32,934 nucleotides of DNA from Pseudomonadota bacterium (GCA_031417495.1 JANOVQ010000639.1:1-32934), one strand, 5' to 3'; positions 18,933-28,654 are shown, counted from the stretch's first letter. Translations and numbers: made by a program. Notes: a model not told the origin generated them from the sequence alone.

Positions 18933-19982
18933 TCAGGACTCGCGTTGGAGCGGAAGCCACACGCTCACGAGGTATTCACCCCCAGTGACTGCCGGTGTAA
19001 GCCGGCCACGGGCGCCAAAGTGCGCGGCTAGGCGCAGGCGCACGTTCTCCTGCGCCACGCGATTTCCGGCGTGCTGCTGGAGCCCGGTCGAGAAGGGGTT
19101 GCGAATCACAAACTCAATATCGGCACCGTGGACGCGCCCCTCAAGGATGATGATGCCGCCGCTCGCGAGCGGCTCGATACCGTGATAGATCGCATTCTCC
19201 AGCAAGGGTTGCAGGGTCAGCTGCGGAATCATGGCGGTCAACGGTACCTCAGCGACCCGCCACTCCACCTGCAAGCGCGGCCCGAGGCGCAGCGCTTCAA
19301 TTCGGAGATAGTGGCGCACGAGTTCAAATTCCTCGGCGAGCGTGACCAGGTCGCGATCGTCGCTCAAGCTCGCGCGAAACAAATCGGCGAGATCCTCTAC
19401 CGCACGTTCGGCGGACACCGGATCACTGCGCGTGAGACTGGCGATCGTATTCATACAATTGAAAAAAAAGTGCGGGCGAATGCGCGCCTGTAAGGCCTGC
19501 AGACGTGCGCGTGCCTCTGCTGCAGTCTGTTGCTGCCAGTGAAACTGGACATAGAAGTAACGGAGAATCAGCGCGGCTGCGATCGCACTGATGCCAAGTG
19601 TGCGCCAGAAAAAATCGCGATGCGAAAGATTGATCAAGGCGCCATCGCCTAACGCCGGATTAAGCACCCACCAGGCGAGTTCGCACACGCCACTGACCAT
19701 CGCCAAAATAAATCCATAGCTCAACAGCACAGCCCAGGTTTCCGGCAAGCGACTGAGCCCTGGCCTGCTCATGCACAACGCGGCCGCGGCAGAGAGCGCA
19801 ATGAACTGGACATACAACGACAGCAACGCGAGTTCGGAAAGGGCGCTCATGGTGAACCCGGTACGTGTCAGCATCAGCACGAAGACCAATAACTCACTTA
19901 CCATCACCACCGCGAACAGCGCCCGCACGCCACACAAATCCGGCAGGAAAATCGTTGGTGATGGCGCGCGCTGTTGCTGCAT
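18933..19982 (-). CDS. algZ: LytS-type sensor kinase AlgZ/FimS
   Basis: N-terminal TM helices; LQARIRPHFFFN and LQPLLENAIYHG; divergent from argH as in Pseudomonas. Confidence 0.85.
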   Translation of the reverse strand: MQQQRAPSPTIFLPDLCGVRALFAVVMVSELLVFVLMLTRTGFTMSALSELALLSLYVQFIALSAAAALCMSRPGLSRLPETWAVLLSYGFILAMVSGVCELAWWVLNPALGDGALINLSHRDFFWRTLGISAIAAALILRYFYVQFHWQQQTAAEARARLQALQARIRPHFFFNCMNTIASLTRSDPVSAERAVEDLADLFRASLSDDRDLVTLAEEFELVRHYLRIEALRLGPRLQVEWRVAEVPLTAMIPQLTLQPLLENAIYHGIEPLASGGIIILEGRVHGADIEFVIRNPFSTGLQQHAGNRVAQENVRLRLAAHFGARGRLTPAVTGGEYLVSVWLPLQRES

Positions 19983-20057
19983 AGCGTAATTTATTAAGGT
20001 CGACGATTCTCTAAGTCCGGCAGGCGGCTAGGATATACTCTGCCCACTTCCTTCTGG

Positions 20058-21521
20058 ATGGTCGATAACGTGGCGAGTTCCCCCCCTATACCCCCACTGC
20101 CGGGCCCGCAACCCGCAGGTCCCACTGGCGCTGCGAATCAGTCCTGGGGCGGCCGCTTTGACGTCCCCATCGATGCCTTCGTGGCGGAGTTTACGGCATC
20201 GGTGGGTTTCGATTGGAGACTTTACGCACAGGATATTGCAGGCTCGATTGCGCATGCGACGATGCTCGCCGCGAGCGGCATCATAAGCGCAGAGGAAGCG
20301 GCTGCGATCACCGCCGGACTGACCGCAATCAAAGCCGAGTGCGACAGCGGTAAATTCAGCTGGTCGGTCGCGCTCGAAGACGTTCATATGAACATCGAGA
20401 GCGCGCTGGTCGCGCGGATCGGCGCGGTCGGCAAGAAACTGCATACCGCGCGCTCGCGCAACGATCAGGTCGCGACCGATATCCGTCTCTATTTGCGCGC
20501 GGAAATCGATTTTCTGTGCGCCCAACTCGACCGCCTGCTCGGCGCGCTGATCTCCCTCGCGGCGCGCGAAGCGACCACCGTCATGCCCGGCTTCACCCAT
20601 CTCCAAGCCGCCCAGCCGATTACCTTCGGACATCACGTGTTAGCCTGGTTTGAGATGCTGTTCCGGGATCGCGAGCGCTTGGTGGATACACGGCGCCGAC
20701 TCAATGTACTGCCGCTGGGCGCCGGCGCATTGGCCGGCACCAGTTTTCCCATCCAACGCGCATTGACCGCGCAGCTGTTAGGCTTCGCGGCGGTCGCCGA
20801 GAATTCTCTGGATGCGGTGTCTGATCGAGATTTTGCGATTGAATTCTGCGCGGCTGCCGCGCTCATGATGGTCCACTTCTCGCGCATCGCCGAAGAACTG
20901 GTGCTGTGGAATTCACAACAGTTCGCGTTTATCGAACTCGACGATGCATTTTGTACCGGCTCCAGCATGATGCCGCAAAAGAAAAATCCCGATGTGCCAG
21001 AACTCCTGCGCGGGAAAAGCGGCCGTGTGATCGGACATTTGATGGCGCTGCTCACACTCATGAAAAGCCAGCCCCTGGCCTACAATAAAGACAACCAGGA
21101 AGACAAAGAACCGCTGTTCGATACGGTCGATACCTTGCGCGCATGTTTGCGCGCGCTCGGCGATCTCATCCCCACCTTGCAGGTCCGGCGCGAACGTCTG
21201 CGTGAAGCAGCGGAGACTGGCTTCACCAACGCCACTGATTTTGCCGATTACCTGGTGCGCTTGGGCATCCCCTTCCGCGACGCGCACGGCATCGTTGGCG
21301 CCGCAGTCCGTTTAGCGCTCCACCAGCAGTGCAAGCTGCAGGAGCTCAGTCTGCAGGAATTCCAGGCGCTCAATCCTGCCATCACGATTGAGGTATTTGA
21401 CGTCCTGGATATTGAAAGCGTGGTCGCGGCGCGCGATCACTTTGGAGGCACCGCGCCGCGTCAGGTGCTGGCCGCGTGCCAACGGGCACGCGAGCGGCTG
21501 GCCCAGGCGGCCACCAGTTGA
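20058..21521 (+). CDS. argH: Argininosuccinate lyase
   Basis: [34 protein letters not shown] and [10 protein letters not shown]. Confidence 0.98.
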   Translation: MVDNVASSPPIPPLPGPQPAGPTGAANQSWGGRFDVPIDAFVAEFTASVGFDWRLYAQDIAGSIAHATMLAASGIISAEEAAAITAGLTAIKAECDSGKFSWSVALEDVHMNIESALVARIGAVGKKLHTARSRNDQVATDIRLYLRAEIDFLCAQLDRLLGALISLAAREATTVMPGFTHLQAAQPITFGHHVLAWFEMLFRDRERLVDTRRRLNVLPLGAGALAGTSFPIQRALTAQLLGFAAVAENSLDAVSDRDFAIEFCAAAALMMVHFSRIAEELVLWNSQQFAFIELDDAFCTGSSMMPQKKNPDVPELLRGKSGRVIGHLMALLTLMKSQPLAYNKDNQEDKEPLFDTVDTLRACLRALGDLIPTLQVRRERLREAAETGFTNATDFADYLVRLGIPFRDAHGIVGAAVRLALHQQCKLQELSLQEFQALNPAITIEVFDVLDIESVVAARDHFGGTAPRQVLAACQRARERLAQAATS

Positions 21522-21543
21522 CCGCTGGCGAAGAGGAATCCCC

Positions 21544-24500
21544 ATGCGCAAGCTCACACGGATAGTGCTTTTCATTTTCTTCGGCAGCGTCCTCTTACTC
21601 GCTGCCGGCGGGGTGTATCTCGTCAAATTTTTTGACCCGAACGCTCACCAGGCATTCCTGATCGACCAATTCAAACGCGCGACTGGGCGCGATCTCACAC
21701 TTGCCGGCCCGCTTGAAATAGATTTTCTGCCGAAACTGCGGCTGCACGCGGGACCGCTCAGCATTAGCAATGCACCTGGCTTCGCTGCGCCCACCATGCT
21801 CGCGGTGGCGGAAGTCGAACTAGCCGTCGCCACTTGGCCACTGCTGCGGGGGCGGGTGGAAATGGAGACTTTGAAGCTGCATGGCGCGCGCCTCAACCTG
21901 GAGCGCGACACGGCGGGGGTGACGAACTGGGACGACTTGCGCGTGGGAGATACGGCGCGCGCGCCAAGCCGTGCACAGGCGGACCAAGTGGGGGCGTTCC
22001 TGCTCGGTGGCGTCGACATTGTGGACGCTCACGTGACTTGGCGCGATGCGCGCGCGCAGCAGGAAATCACGCTCGCGGAAGTGAATGCGAAGTCGGGCCC
22101 GCTCACGTTTGGTGCACCCGTAGCGCTCACCTTGCAGGCCAAAGTCGTGGCCGCCAAACCTGCGCTCACCGGCGATGTCGTCTTGCTGGCGACCGCGACC
22201 TACGACACCAGCGTGGAGCGCTATGGCGTCGAACCTTTGAAAATGGCGGTCACGTTGTACGGCAAAACCCTGCCGGGGGGTAAGGCCGAGTTCACGGGCG
22301 AAGCCGTGCTTGCGCTCGATTTGGCGCGTGGTGAGGCGCAAGTTCGCAAGCTCAAAATCGAAGGTCTCGGCTATCGCGCAAGCGGCGAGTTCACGCTCGA
22401 TCATCTCGACCTCGCGCAGCCTGGCGCCCGTGGCCACTTTGAACTCGCGGGTGCCGATCTGGCGCTCTTGTTCCGCGCGTTTGATCTGCCAGCTGCGACC
22501 CAGATCGCAGGTTTGCGCGAGCGTAGCTTCGAATTCCAGACGGTTTTCGACCGCGATGTCGCCTCGGGTAAGCTGGCGGTGCCCACGTTCGATCTAAAAA
22601 TTCTCGGGGCAAGTTTAAATGGCGTCGTGAGCGGAGAACGCGCAAACACTGCGACCCCCGCACTGAACGGGAAGATCAGCGCACGCGGCGCTGATCTTCC
22701 GGCGCTGATTTTACTCACCAATCAAATCCTGCATGACGACGCGCAGAGCGCGCGAGGCCTCAGCAAGGCCCTGGCGGGCGTGAAGGATCGTGCTTTCAGC
22801 TTAGAGACCGAGTTCGCCGCCGATCTGGCGGCCGGCCAACTGGAGTTACCGCGGTTTCATGCAGAGTTACTCGGCAACGAATTCAATGGCGCGCTCAAAT
22901 CGCGCGGCGGCAGCGCGGGCAAGCCTTCAGTCAGTGGTCAGCTGACCGCGCGCGGGCACGACTTGACTGCGTTAGCGCTCGCCATCGGCACGCTGCAAGG
23001 AATGGATAGCGAGGGATTAGCTGCCCTAAGCACAGTGTTCAGCACGCGCCAAGACCGCAGCTTTATTTTCAAGACCACGGTGGATGCCGATCTGGGGACG
23101 GATCAAATTGCCTTGCCCGCCGTTACCGCCACCATTTTTGGTAATGAACTGACAGGGTCTTTCAGCGCAACCAATGCGACCAGCGGGCAACCGGCAATTG
23201 CCGGCGAACTCGCCGCCCAAGGACCAGATCTGCCCGCCTTACTCGCCTTATTCGGCGGCCTGCACGGTGCCGGCAGTGCGCTCCCCGGACTCGCCGAATC
23301 GCTCACTGCCGCGCCGGACAAGAGTTTCACTTTTGGCACCAAGTTTGCGCTCGCTCCCAAGGAAGGTCGCCTCGACTTGCCGTCGTTCGGGGCCCGCGCG
23401 CTCGGCCTGACCTTCTCCGGCACCCTGAACGCGACGGCGTTCAATCACCCCAGGGGCGGCGTCGTCAATGGTCATCTGGCCTTGGAAGGGAGCAAATTGG
23501 CCTCCTTGCTGACAGCCCTCGGGCAACCCGAGCTCGCGAAATCGGTGCACACGCTAAAGTTTGAAGCGGGTCTCGAAGGCAATGCACAAACGCTCGCGAT
23601 GCGGCCATTTGTCGCGAACGTCGAGGTCCGCGGGCCCGCTGGCGCGGCGCCAGTAGATTTAAAACTCACCGGTGATGCAAAAGCCAACCTCGCGCGCGAG
23701 ACTTTGTCCATCAAAAATCTCGCCTTGACTGGACTCGGGCTCAATCTGAAGGGGGACTTGGAAGCCACCGAAATCAAATCGGCCCTCAAATATACTGGCC
23801 AGATCAGTGCGCCCAATTTTAACCTCCGCGAAGTCCTTGCCACCCTCAACAAACCGATCACGGGACTCGCAGATCCCGCAGCGCTGACCCAAGTAGGCTT
23901 CGACACGACAGTACAAGGCACTGCGCACCGCTATGCGCTCAGTGGACTCACATTGAAGCTCGACGAGACCACTTTGAAAGGCGATTTCGCGGTGGACGAT
24001 ACGGTAGGACGGGCGGTGAATTTTAAACTCATCGCTGATCGCCTAAACGCAGATCGTTATCTGGCGCCGAAGAACGCCACTCGCGCGGCGCCGGTCACGC
24101 CGGAGGCCGCCGCCGTCGGCGCCGCGCAATTGCCGCTGGCAGTGCTGCGTAAAATCAAGATGGATGGCAAGCTCGCGATCGGTAATCTGCAATTCGCAGG
24201 TGCCAAGTTGAGCAAAGTTACGGTTGCGCTGCAAGGACACGACGGCAAACTCAGCGTCGATCCGGTCAGTGCCGATCTGTACGGCGGCCGCTACACGGGC
24301 GTGATCGGACTCGATGCGACGGGAAAAATTCCGACGCTCATGTCGAACTCGACGCTCGCGAAGGTTGCGATCGAGCCTTTGTTGGTGGATACCACGGGCA
24401 AAAGCGCCTTCGCGGGCGCCGTCAATTTCGAGGCGAAACTCAGCGCGCGTGGCAGCGAATCTTCCCAGCTGCTTCATTCGTTGAACGGGCAGGCGTCATT

Positions 24501-24990
24501 TGCGATCACCGACGGGGTCTTTCGCGGCGTGGATGCTCCTGCCGTCTTACGAGCGGCGGAACTGATCATCGAAAGTAAATCCCTGCAACCAGTCCCGCGC
24601 GGTGGCACCACCCAGTTTCAATCGCTGACGGGCTCGCTCGATATTCAGAATGGCGCGCTTTACAACCATGACTTGCAGCTCGACGGTGCAGGCTTCAAGG
24701 TAGCAGGGGACGGTCTGCTCGCGAATCTAAACGACGACACCATCAAGTACGACGCCCGCATTGCGGTTGATCAAGGCAGCTTGGAACAGGGCGCAGCGCA
24801 TTATATGCTTGGGGATTACGTCATTCCGATCCGTTGCCGTGGTCCGATCTCGGGCACCAGTTGTTTGCCGGATTTTGGCGAGCTCGCCAAAGTTGCAGCA
24901 ACCAAAGCGTTGCGGGATCAGGTCGAGAAGAAACTCGATAAATCGCTTGGCGGCGCCGGAAAGGCCCTGAAGAATCTTCTCAAATTCTAA
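21544..24990 (+). CDS. asmA: AsmA-family protein, unusually long (1148 aa)
   Basis: GAGGA RBS before ATG 21544; N-terminal TM anchor then FDPNAH...ATGRDL...NWDDL; AsmA-like C-terminus (LNADRYL, LYGG, T.F.SL.G...I.NG...N.DL); lies upstream of mutY. Confidence 0.88.
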   Translation: MRKLTRIVLFIFFGSVLLLAAGGVYLVKFFDPNAHQAFLIDQFKRATGRDLTLAGPLEIDFLPKLRLHAGPLSISNAPGFAAPTMLAVAEVELAVATWPLLRGRVEMETLKLHGARLNLERDTAGVTNWDDLRVGDTARAPSRAQADQVGAFLLGGVDIVDAHVTWRDARAQQEITLAEVNAKSGPLTFGAPVALTLQAKVVAAKPALTGDVVLLATATYDTSVERYGVEPLKMAVTLYGKTLPGGKAEFTGEAVLALDLARGEAQVRKLKIEGLGYRASGEFTLDHLDLAQPGARGHFELAGADLALLFRAFDLPAATQIAGLRERSFEFQTVFDRDVASGKLAVPTFDLKILGASLNGVVSGERANTATPALNGKISARGADLPALILLTNQILHDDAQSARGLSKALAGVKDRAFSLETEFAADLAAGQLELPRFHAELLGNEFNGALKSRGGSAGKPSVSGQLTARGHDLTALALAIGTLQGMDSEGLAALSTVFSTRQDRSFIFKTTVDADLGTDQIALPAVTATIFGNELTGSFSATNATSGQPAIAGELAAQGPDLPALLALFGGLHGAGSALPGLAESLTAAPDKSFTFGTKFALAPKEGRLDLPSFGARALGLTFSGTLNATAFNHPRGGVVNGHLALEGSKLASLLTALGQPELAKSVHTLKFEAGLEGNAQTLAMRPFVANVEVRGPAGAAPVDLKLTGDAKANLARETLSIKNLALTGLGLNLKGDLEATEIKSALKYTGQISAPNFNLREVLATLNKPITGLADPAALTQVGFDTTVQGTAHRYALSGLTLKLDETTLKGDFAVDDTVGRAVNFKLIADRLNADRYLAPKNATRAAPVTPEAAAVGAAQLPLAVLRKIKMDGKLAIGNLQFAGAKLSKVTVALQGHDGKLSVDPVSADLYGGRYTGVIGLDATGKIPTLMSNSTLAKVAIEPLLVDTTGKSAFAGAVNFEAKLSARGSESSQLLHSLNGQASFAITDGVFRGVDAPAVLRAAELIIESKSLQPVPRGGTTQFQSLTGSLDIQNGALYNHDLQLDGAGFKVAGDGLLANLNDDTIKYDARIAVDQGSLEQGAAHYMLGDYVIPIRCRGPISGTSCLPDFGELAKVAATKALRDQVEKKLDKSLGGAGKALKNLLKF
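22450..23510 (+). repeat. Protein-level tandem repeat of about 89 aa inside AsmA
   Basis: GADLAL (22450), GADLPAL (22687), GHDLTAL (22954), GPDLPAL (23221) and GSKLASL (23488), with spacings of 237, 267, 267 and 267 nt. Confidence 0.85.
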
Positions 24991-24994
24991 ATCC

Positions 24995-25630
24995 TTGGAG
25001 CGCTGGCGCCGATGGCATCCCCTCCTCATGGGCTCGCTTCGCGACATCAGGTTGTGCGGTGCGCGCAGGGGTACTCGCGTCGGCATCGCATGGGCGTTCG
25101 CCGCGCTCTCTTCGTTGGCGATGGCGGCCAACCTTGAGCGCGCGGAGATTCGCTTTTCGAATGGCGCCTACCGGTATTTCTTCGCGGCCACCTTGAACGC
25201 CAATGCCGATGCTGTGCGCGCGGTGGTGGGCGATTTCGAGCGCCTCGCAAGACTGAACGACGACATCATCACGAGCCACGTGCTGGCACGTTATGACGAG
25301 CATCGGCTGAAACGCCGCTTACTCTTGAAACATTGCCTATTGGTCTTCTGCTTCGATCTTGATTTCGTCGAGCAGGTGGAAATATTGCCGAATGGCGATA
25401 TCGAGACGCACATCATTCCCGCTGAGAGCACTTTCATCCGCGGCGAGAGCGTATGGCGAATAAGCGCCCTGGATGCCACCCATACACGCGTCACCTTGGA
25501 GGCCGATCAGGAGCCAAGATTCTGGATTCCGCCGCTAATCGGACCTTTGATTATCAAGAGTTCGTTTATCGCGGAAGTGACTGAGACCATCAACAAACTT
25601 GAGCAGGCTGCCGGTGCCCCTATTCAGTGA
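24995..25630 (+). CDS. Exported START/SRPBCC-fold protein
   Basis: Hydrophobic leader ending AMA; SRPBCC-like pattern (AVRAVVGDFERLARLN, G.S.W.I...T.V, PRFWIPPLIGP, C-terminal helix). Start uncertain (TTG 24995 or ATG 25028). Confidence 0.65.
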   Translation: MERWRRWHPLLMGSLRDIRLCGARRGTRVGIAWAFAALSSLAMAANLERAEIRFSNGAYRYFFAATLNANADAVRAVVGDFERLARLNDDIITSHVLARYDEHRLKRRLLLKHCLLVFCFDLDFVEQVEILPNGDIETHIIPAESTFIRGESVWRISALDATHTRVTLEADQEPRFWIPPLIGPLIIKSSFIAEVTETINKLEQAAGAPIQ

Positions 25631-26672
25631 TCGCCTGCTCGCCTGGCATGCTGAGGCTGGTCGCCACTCGCTACCCTGGCAAGTCGCACGTACGCCTTAT
25701 CGTGTGTGGGTGTCCGAAATCATGCTGCAGCAAACGCAGGTCAGCACGGTCATTCCTTACTTCGAGCGCTTTGTGGCGCGCTTCCCGGATTGCCGCGCGC
25801 TGGCCACCGCGCCGCTCGACGACGTGCTGCATCACTGGTCGGGCCTCGGCTATTACGCGCGTGCGCGCAACCTGCAGCGCGCGGCCCAGCAAATCCTGGT
25901 GGAACATGGTGGCGAGTTTCCCGGCACCCTCGAACAAGCCATGGCGTTGCCGGGCATCGGCCGTTCCACTGCGGGCGCGATCCTCGCGTTAAGCCGCGAT
26001 CAACGCCAGCCGATTCTGGATGGCAATGTGAAGCGGGTGCTGACGCGCCATTTCGCGATCAGGGGTTGGCCAGAGTCGCCTGCCGTACAGAAAATTCTGT
26101 GGCCGCTGGCAGACTCTTTAACCCCGCTCATCGCCGTCGCGAACTACACCCAGGCGATCATGGATCTCGGTGCCACCGTGTGTACTCGCGGCGAGCCGCA
26201 CTGCGCAAGTTGCCCGGTGGCGACGAGTTGCGTGGCAATGGCGCGCGGCGTCGTCACAGATTTTCCCTCGTCGCGCCCACGGCGCGTGTTGCCAGAACGG
26301 GCGACGCAATTTCTGCTGCTCAACAACCCCGTCGGGGAGTGGTTGCTGGAACGGCGACCACCGAGTGGCATCTGGGGAGGACTGTGGAGTTTTCCCGAAC
26401 TCGCGGCGACTGAAGAAGGTGCCAGTTGGTGCAGCGCGCGGGACCTGCAGCTCTGCGACGCCCTCGCCCCGCTTGCACCAGTCGTGCATACCTTCACCCA
26501 TTTCCGGCTAACGATCACGCCGCTCCGCGCGCTGGTGCGCGAGGTTGGCATGCGTTGCATGGATTCAGATCGGTGGCTTTGGTATAACACCTCGGCACCC
26601 GCGCGAGTGGGCCTGGCCACGCCGGTGTCTAACATTCTTGCTGCGCTGAATATTCCAGCGAAAGGGGCGTAA
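25599..26672 (+). CDS. mutY: A/G-specific adenine glycosylase MutY
   Basis: WVSEIMLQQTQV, GLGYYARARNL, HhH LPGIGRSTAGAI, LDGNVKRV, Fe-S motif CTRGEPHCASCPVATSC, HTFTHF. Confidence 0.97.
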   Translation: MSRLPVPLFSDRLLAWHAEAGRHSLPWQVARTPYRVWVSEIMLQQTQVSTVIPYFERFVARFPDCRALATAPLDDVLHHWSGLGYYARARNLQRAAQQILVEHGGEFPGTLEQAMALPGIGRSTAGAILALSRDQRQPILDGNVKRVLTRHFAIRGWPESPAVQKILWPLADSLTPLIAVANYTQAIMDLGATVCTRGEPHCASCPVATSCVAMARGVVTDFPSSRPRRVLPERATQFLLLNNPVGEWLLERRPPSGIWGGLWSFPELAATEEGASWCSARDLQLCDALAPLAPVVHTFTHFRLTITPLRALVREVGMRCMDSDRWLWYNTSAPARVGLATPVSNILAALNIPAKGA

Positions 26673-26673
26673 C

Positions 26674-26943
26674 GTGAGTCGGATCGTACATTGTGTGAAG
26701 CTGGGTGAGGACGCAGAAGGCCTGCCAGCGCCGCCGTATCCAGGCGAACTGGGCCGACGCATTTTTGATGGTGTCTCCAAAGCCGCGTGGCAGAGCTGGT
26801 TGAAACATCAAACGATGTTAATTAACGAATACCGCTTAACCCCAATCGAACAGAAGGATCGTAAATTCCTCGAGGCGGAAATGGAGAAATTCTTCTTCGG
26901 CGAAGGCTCCGCGCGACCGGATCAGTTCAAGCCACCGGCGTAA
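26674..26943 (+). CDS. yggX: Fe(II)-trafficking / oxidative damage protection protein YggX
   Basis: VHCVKL and WLKHQTMLINEYRL; follows mutY. Confidence 0.95.
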   Translation: MSRIVHCVKLGEDAEGLPAPPYPGELGRRIFDGVSKAAWQSWLKHQTMLINEYRLTPIEQKDRKFLEAEMEKFFFGEGSARPDQFKPPA

Positions 26944-26993
26944 AATTTGGACTCAAGGTGACAGCGCCCAGGGGGCATCCAAACGCCAGGCCC

Positions 26994-27028
26994 CGCCCTC
27001 CCGGGCGCAGACCCGGGATCCAGGGGCG
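26994..27028. repeat. REP-like stem-loop between convergent genes
   Basis: CGCCC-TCCCGGG-cgcaga-CCCGGGA-tccag-GGGCG. Confidence 0.5.
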
Positions 27029-27086
27029 TGCGAAATTCGTTCTAACGCAGGAATTAAGGGTCGTCCATTTTCCGTCGCAAGCGCAC

Positions 27087-27860
27087 CTAACGCGCTCCTG
27101 CGAAAAACTCACCTAGCAGATGCCAACTCCCCCAGCCAAGCAACAGCAACCCAGTCACCCAGCTCGACCATCGACCAACGGGCAGCACCCGCTCGAGCAA
27201 AATAAATACGCTGATCAACGCCATGTACCCGACACTCATGACCCCGCCGACAAACATCAACAGCATCAACGCCCAACAGCAGCCCAGGCAGTAACTGCCA
27301 TGCGTCATTCCCATCTGCATGGCACCACCAGCACCGTCGCGCCAATGCGCTAACAAAAAAACGAGCGGCGTCTGGCAATGCGCGAGACAGGTGGCTTTGA
27401 GCGGCGTTAGTTGATAAATGCCAGCCGCAATGAGTAACCACGCGGCGAACAGCGGACTTATCGCCAGCAGCTGGGTGTGCAGCAGCGCGCCACGGTGCAG
27501 TCCCCACTGCAGGAGCGCGAGCAGCAGGCCGAAAGCGCACCACACCAGCAGATAACTCGCACCAAATAGCACGCCGTGCTGCACGCTTTGGGCCGGTGAT
27601 CCGCGCTTGAGTTTCCAGAAGGTGAGCACGAGCGGCAGCACCGCTGGCGTCATCATCGCAATCATCATGACCACCCACATGAGCGCCGTGGCCAGCGCAT
27701 ACGGACCCAGGTGTTCCGGCCGCATCATCGCCATCATCCAGGCAAACAGCGGCCCCGCGCCCGTCATGCTCGACATCATCGCCGCCCCGCGCCACAGAAA
27801 AATCCAGGCGATCACTGTGACGCAAAGCAACCCGCCCAGCGCGAGCAGACGCGCGGTCAT
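27087..27860 (-). CDS. DUF2182 predicted metal-binding integral membrane protein
   Basis: MWVVMMIAMMTP, YQLTPLKATCLAHC and YCLGCCWALMLLMFVGGVM; start set at ATG 27860. Confidence 0.88.
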   Translation of the reverse strand: MTARLLALGGLLCVTVIAWIFLWRGAAMMSSMTGAGPLFAWMMAMMRPEHLGPYALATALMWVVMMIAMMTPAVLPLVLTFWKLKRGSPAQSVQHGVLFGASYLLVWCAFGLLLALLQWGLHRGALLHTQLLAISPLFAAWLLIAAGIYQLTPLKATCLAHCQTPLVFLLAHWRDGAGGAMQMGMTHGSYCLGCCWALMLLMFVGGVMSVGYMALISVFILLERVLPVGRWSSWVTGLLLLGWGSWHLLGEFFAGAR

Positions 27861-27907
27861 GCGCGAGAAATCTGCGGCTTCGCGCGGCGGTGTAAAAGTC
27901 GAGGCGC

Positions 27908-28531
27908 CTAACCCTGCCCGGTCCAGGCGAACGGCGCGAAGTGACCGTTCGTGCGCCCAGCAGGCGCGTCCCATTCAATTCCGAAGGCGCGAATGAAATT
28001 CTTAAGCGCCGTGGCGAGATTGAGACGACGGTTAGCAGGATGAAGCGTGTTGTCGATGGCGATGCAGGCACCCGGCGCACTGAGACTTGGCACCCCTTGC
28101 ACTGACTGCTCAAGCTGGCCCGCGATGCTCACGCTGCGCTGGTGCTCCTGCGCGGAGAACACGATATCCGCGCGCGTAATGCCGCGGAAGTCGCTTATCA
28201 AGGGGGCAAAACCTGCGAGCGGACCACCGGCCCCGCCGCTCGCGATCGCGCCGATTGCGGCGACCTGCGCCTCGCTCGCGCTGTTATCCACAATCACCCC
28301 GAGCGCCCATTCACCCTGCGACATAATCGCCTTCGATTGCGCGATCACCGCGAAACGCACGCCGTTCAGTGCGGTATCGCCAAAATTCCCCTGCGTAATC
28401 GCAAACGTCATCGCGACCTTGCAGAAATCGTGCGTGGCGGGTGTTGTGGAATTCTGGGTGATGCACGGACACAAAAAATCACAGCTGCACGCTTCCATGT
28501 ACTCGCCGTTGATCGACCAGGGGGTAGCCAT
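27908..28531 (-). CDS. DUF1326 family Cys-rich protein
   Basis: WSINGEYMEACSCDFLCPC...PATHDFC and NGHFAPFAW; directly upstream of DUF2182. Confidence 0.88.
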   Translation of the reverse strand: MATPWSINGEYMEACSCDFLCPCITQNSTTPATHDFCKVAMTFAITQGNFGDTALNGVRFAVIAQSKAIMSQGEWALGVIVDNSASEAQVAAIGAIASGGAGGPLAGFAPLISDFRGITRADIVFSAQEHQRSVSIAGQLEQSVQGVPSLSAPGACIAIDNTLHPANRRLNLATALKNFIRAFGIEWDAPAGRTNGHFAPFAWTGQG

Positions 28532-28625
28532 TGGCGCGCTCCATTGTTCCAGTAAGGGATTGGAATGATACCGCGCTGCCCACTGTTAGCGAGCGGCAAG
28601 TGCCTGGAGCGGGACGGGTTTCGGG

Positions 28626-28654
28626 TTGACGCCCCAAGACGGAGTCGATTTAAT
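28626..28654 (+). promoter_or_regulatory. Sigma70 promoter of tRNA-Phe
   Basis: TTGACG-17 bp-TTTAAT followed by a GC-rich discriminator (ACGGCCTCC), about 50 nt upstream of the tRNA. Confidence 0.75.

Noticed and set aside
21388-21543. N-terminal extension of asmA
   Set aside because: Overlaps argH; the RBS and TM anchor support ATG 21544.
27109-28113. 334-aa alternative-frame ORF with Asp-rich runs
   Set aside because: Off-frame reading of the Met-rich DUF2182 gene (ATG ATG read as GAT GAT).
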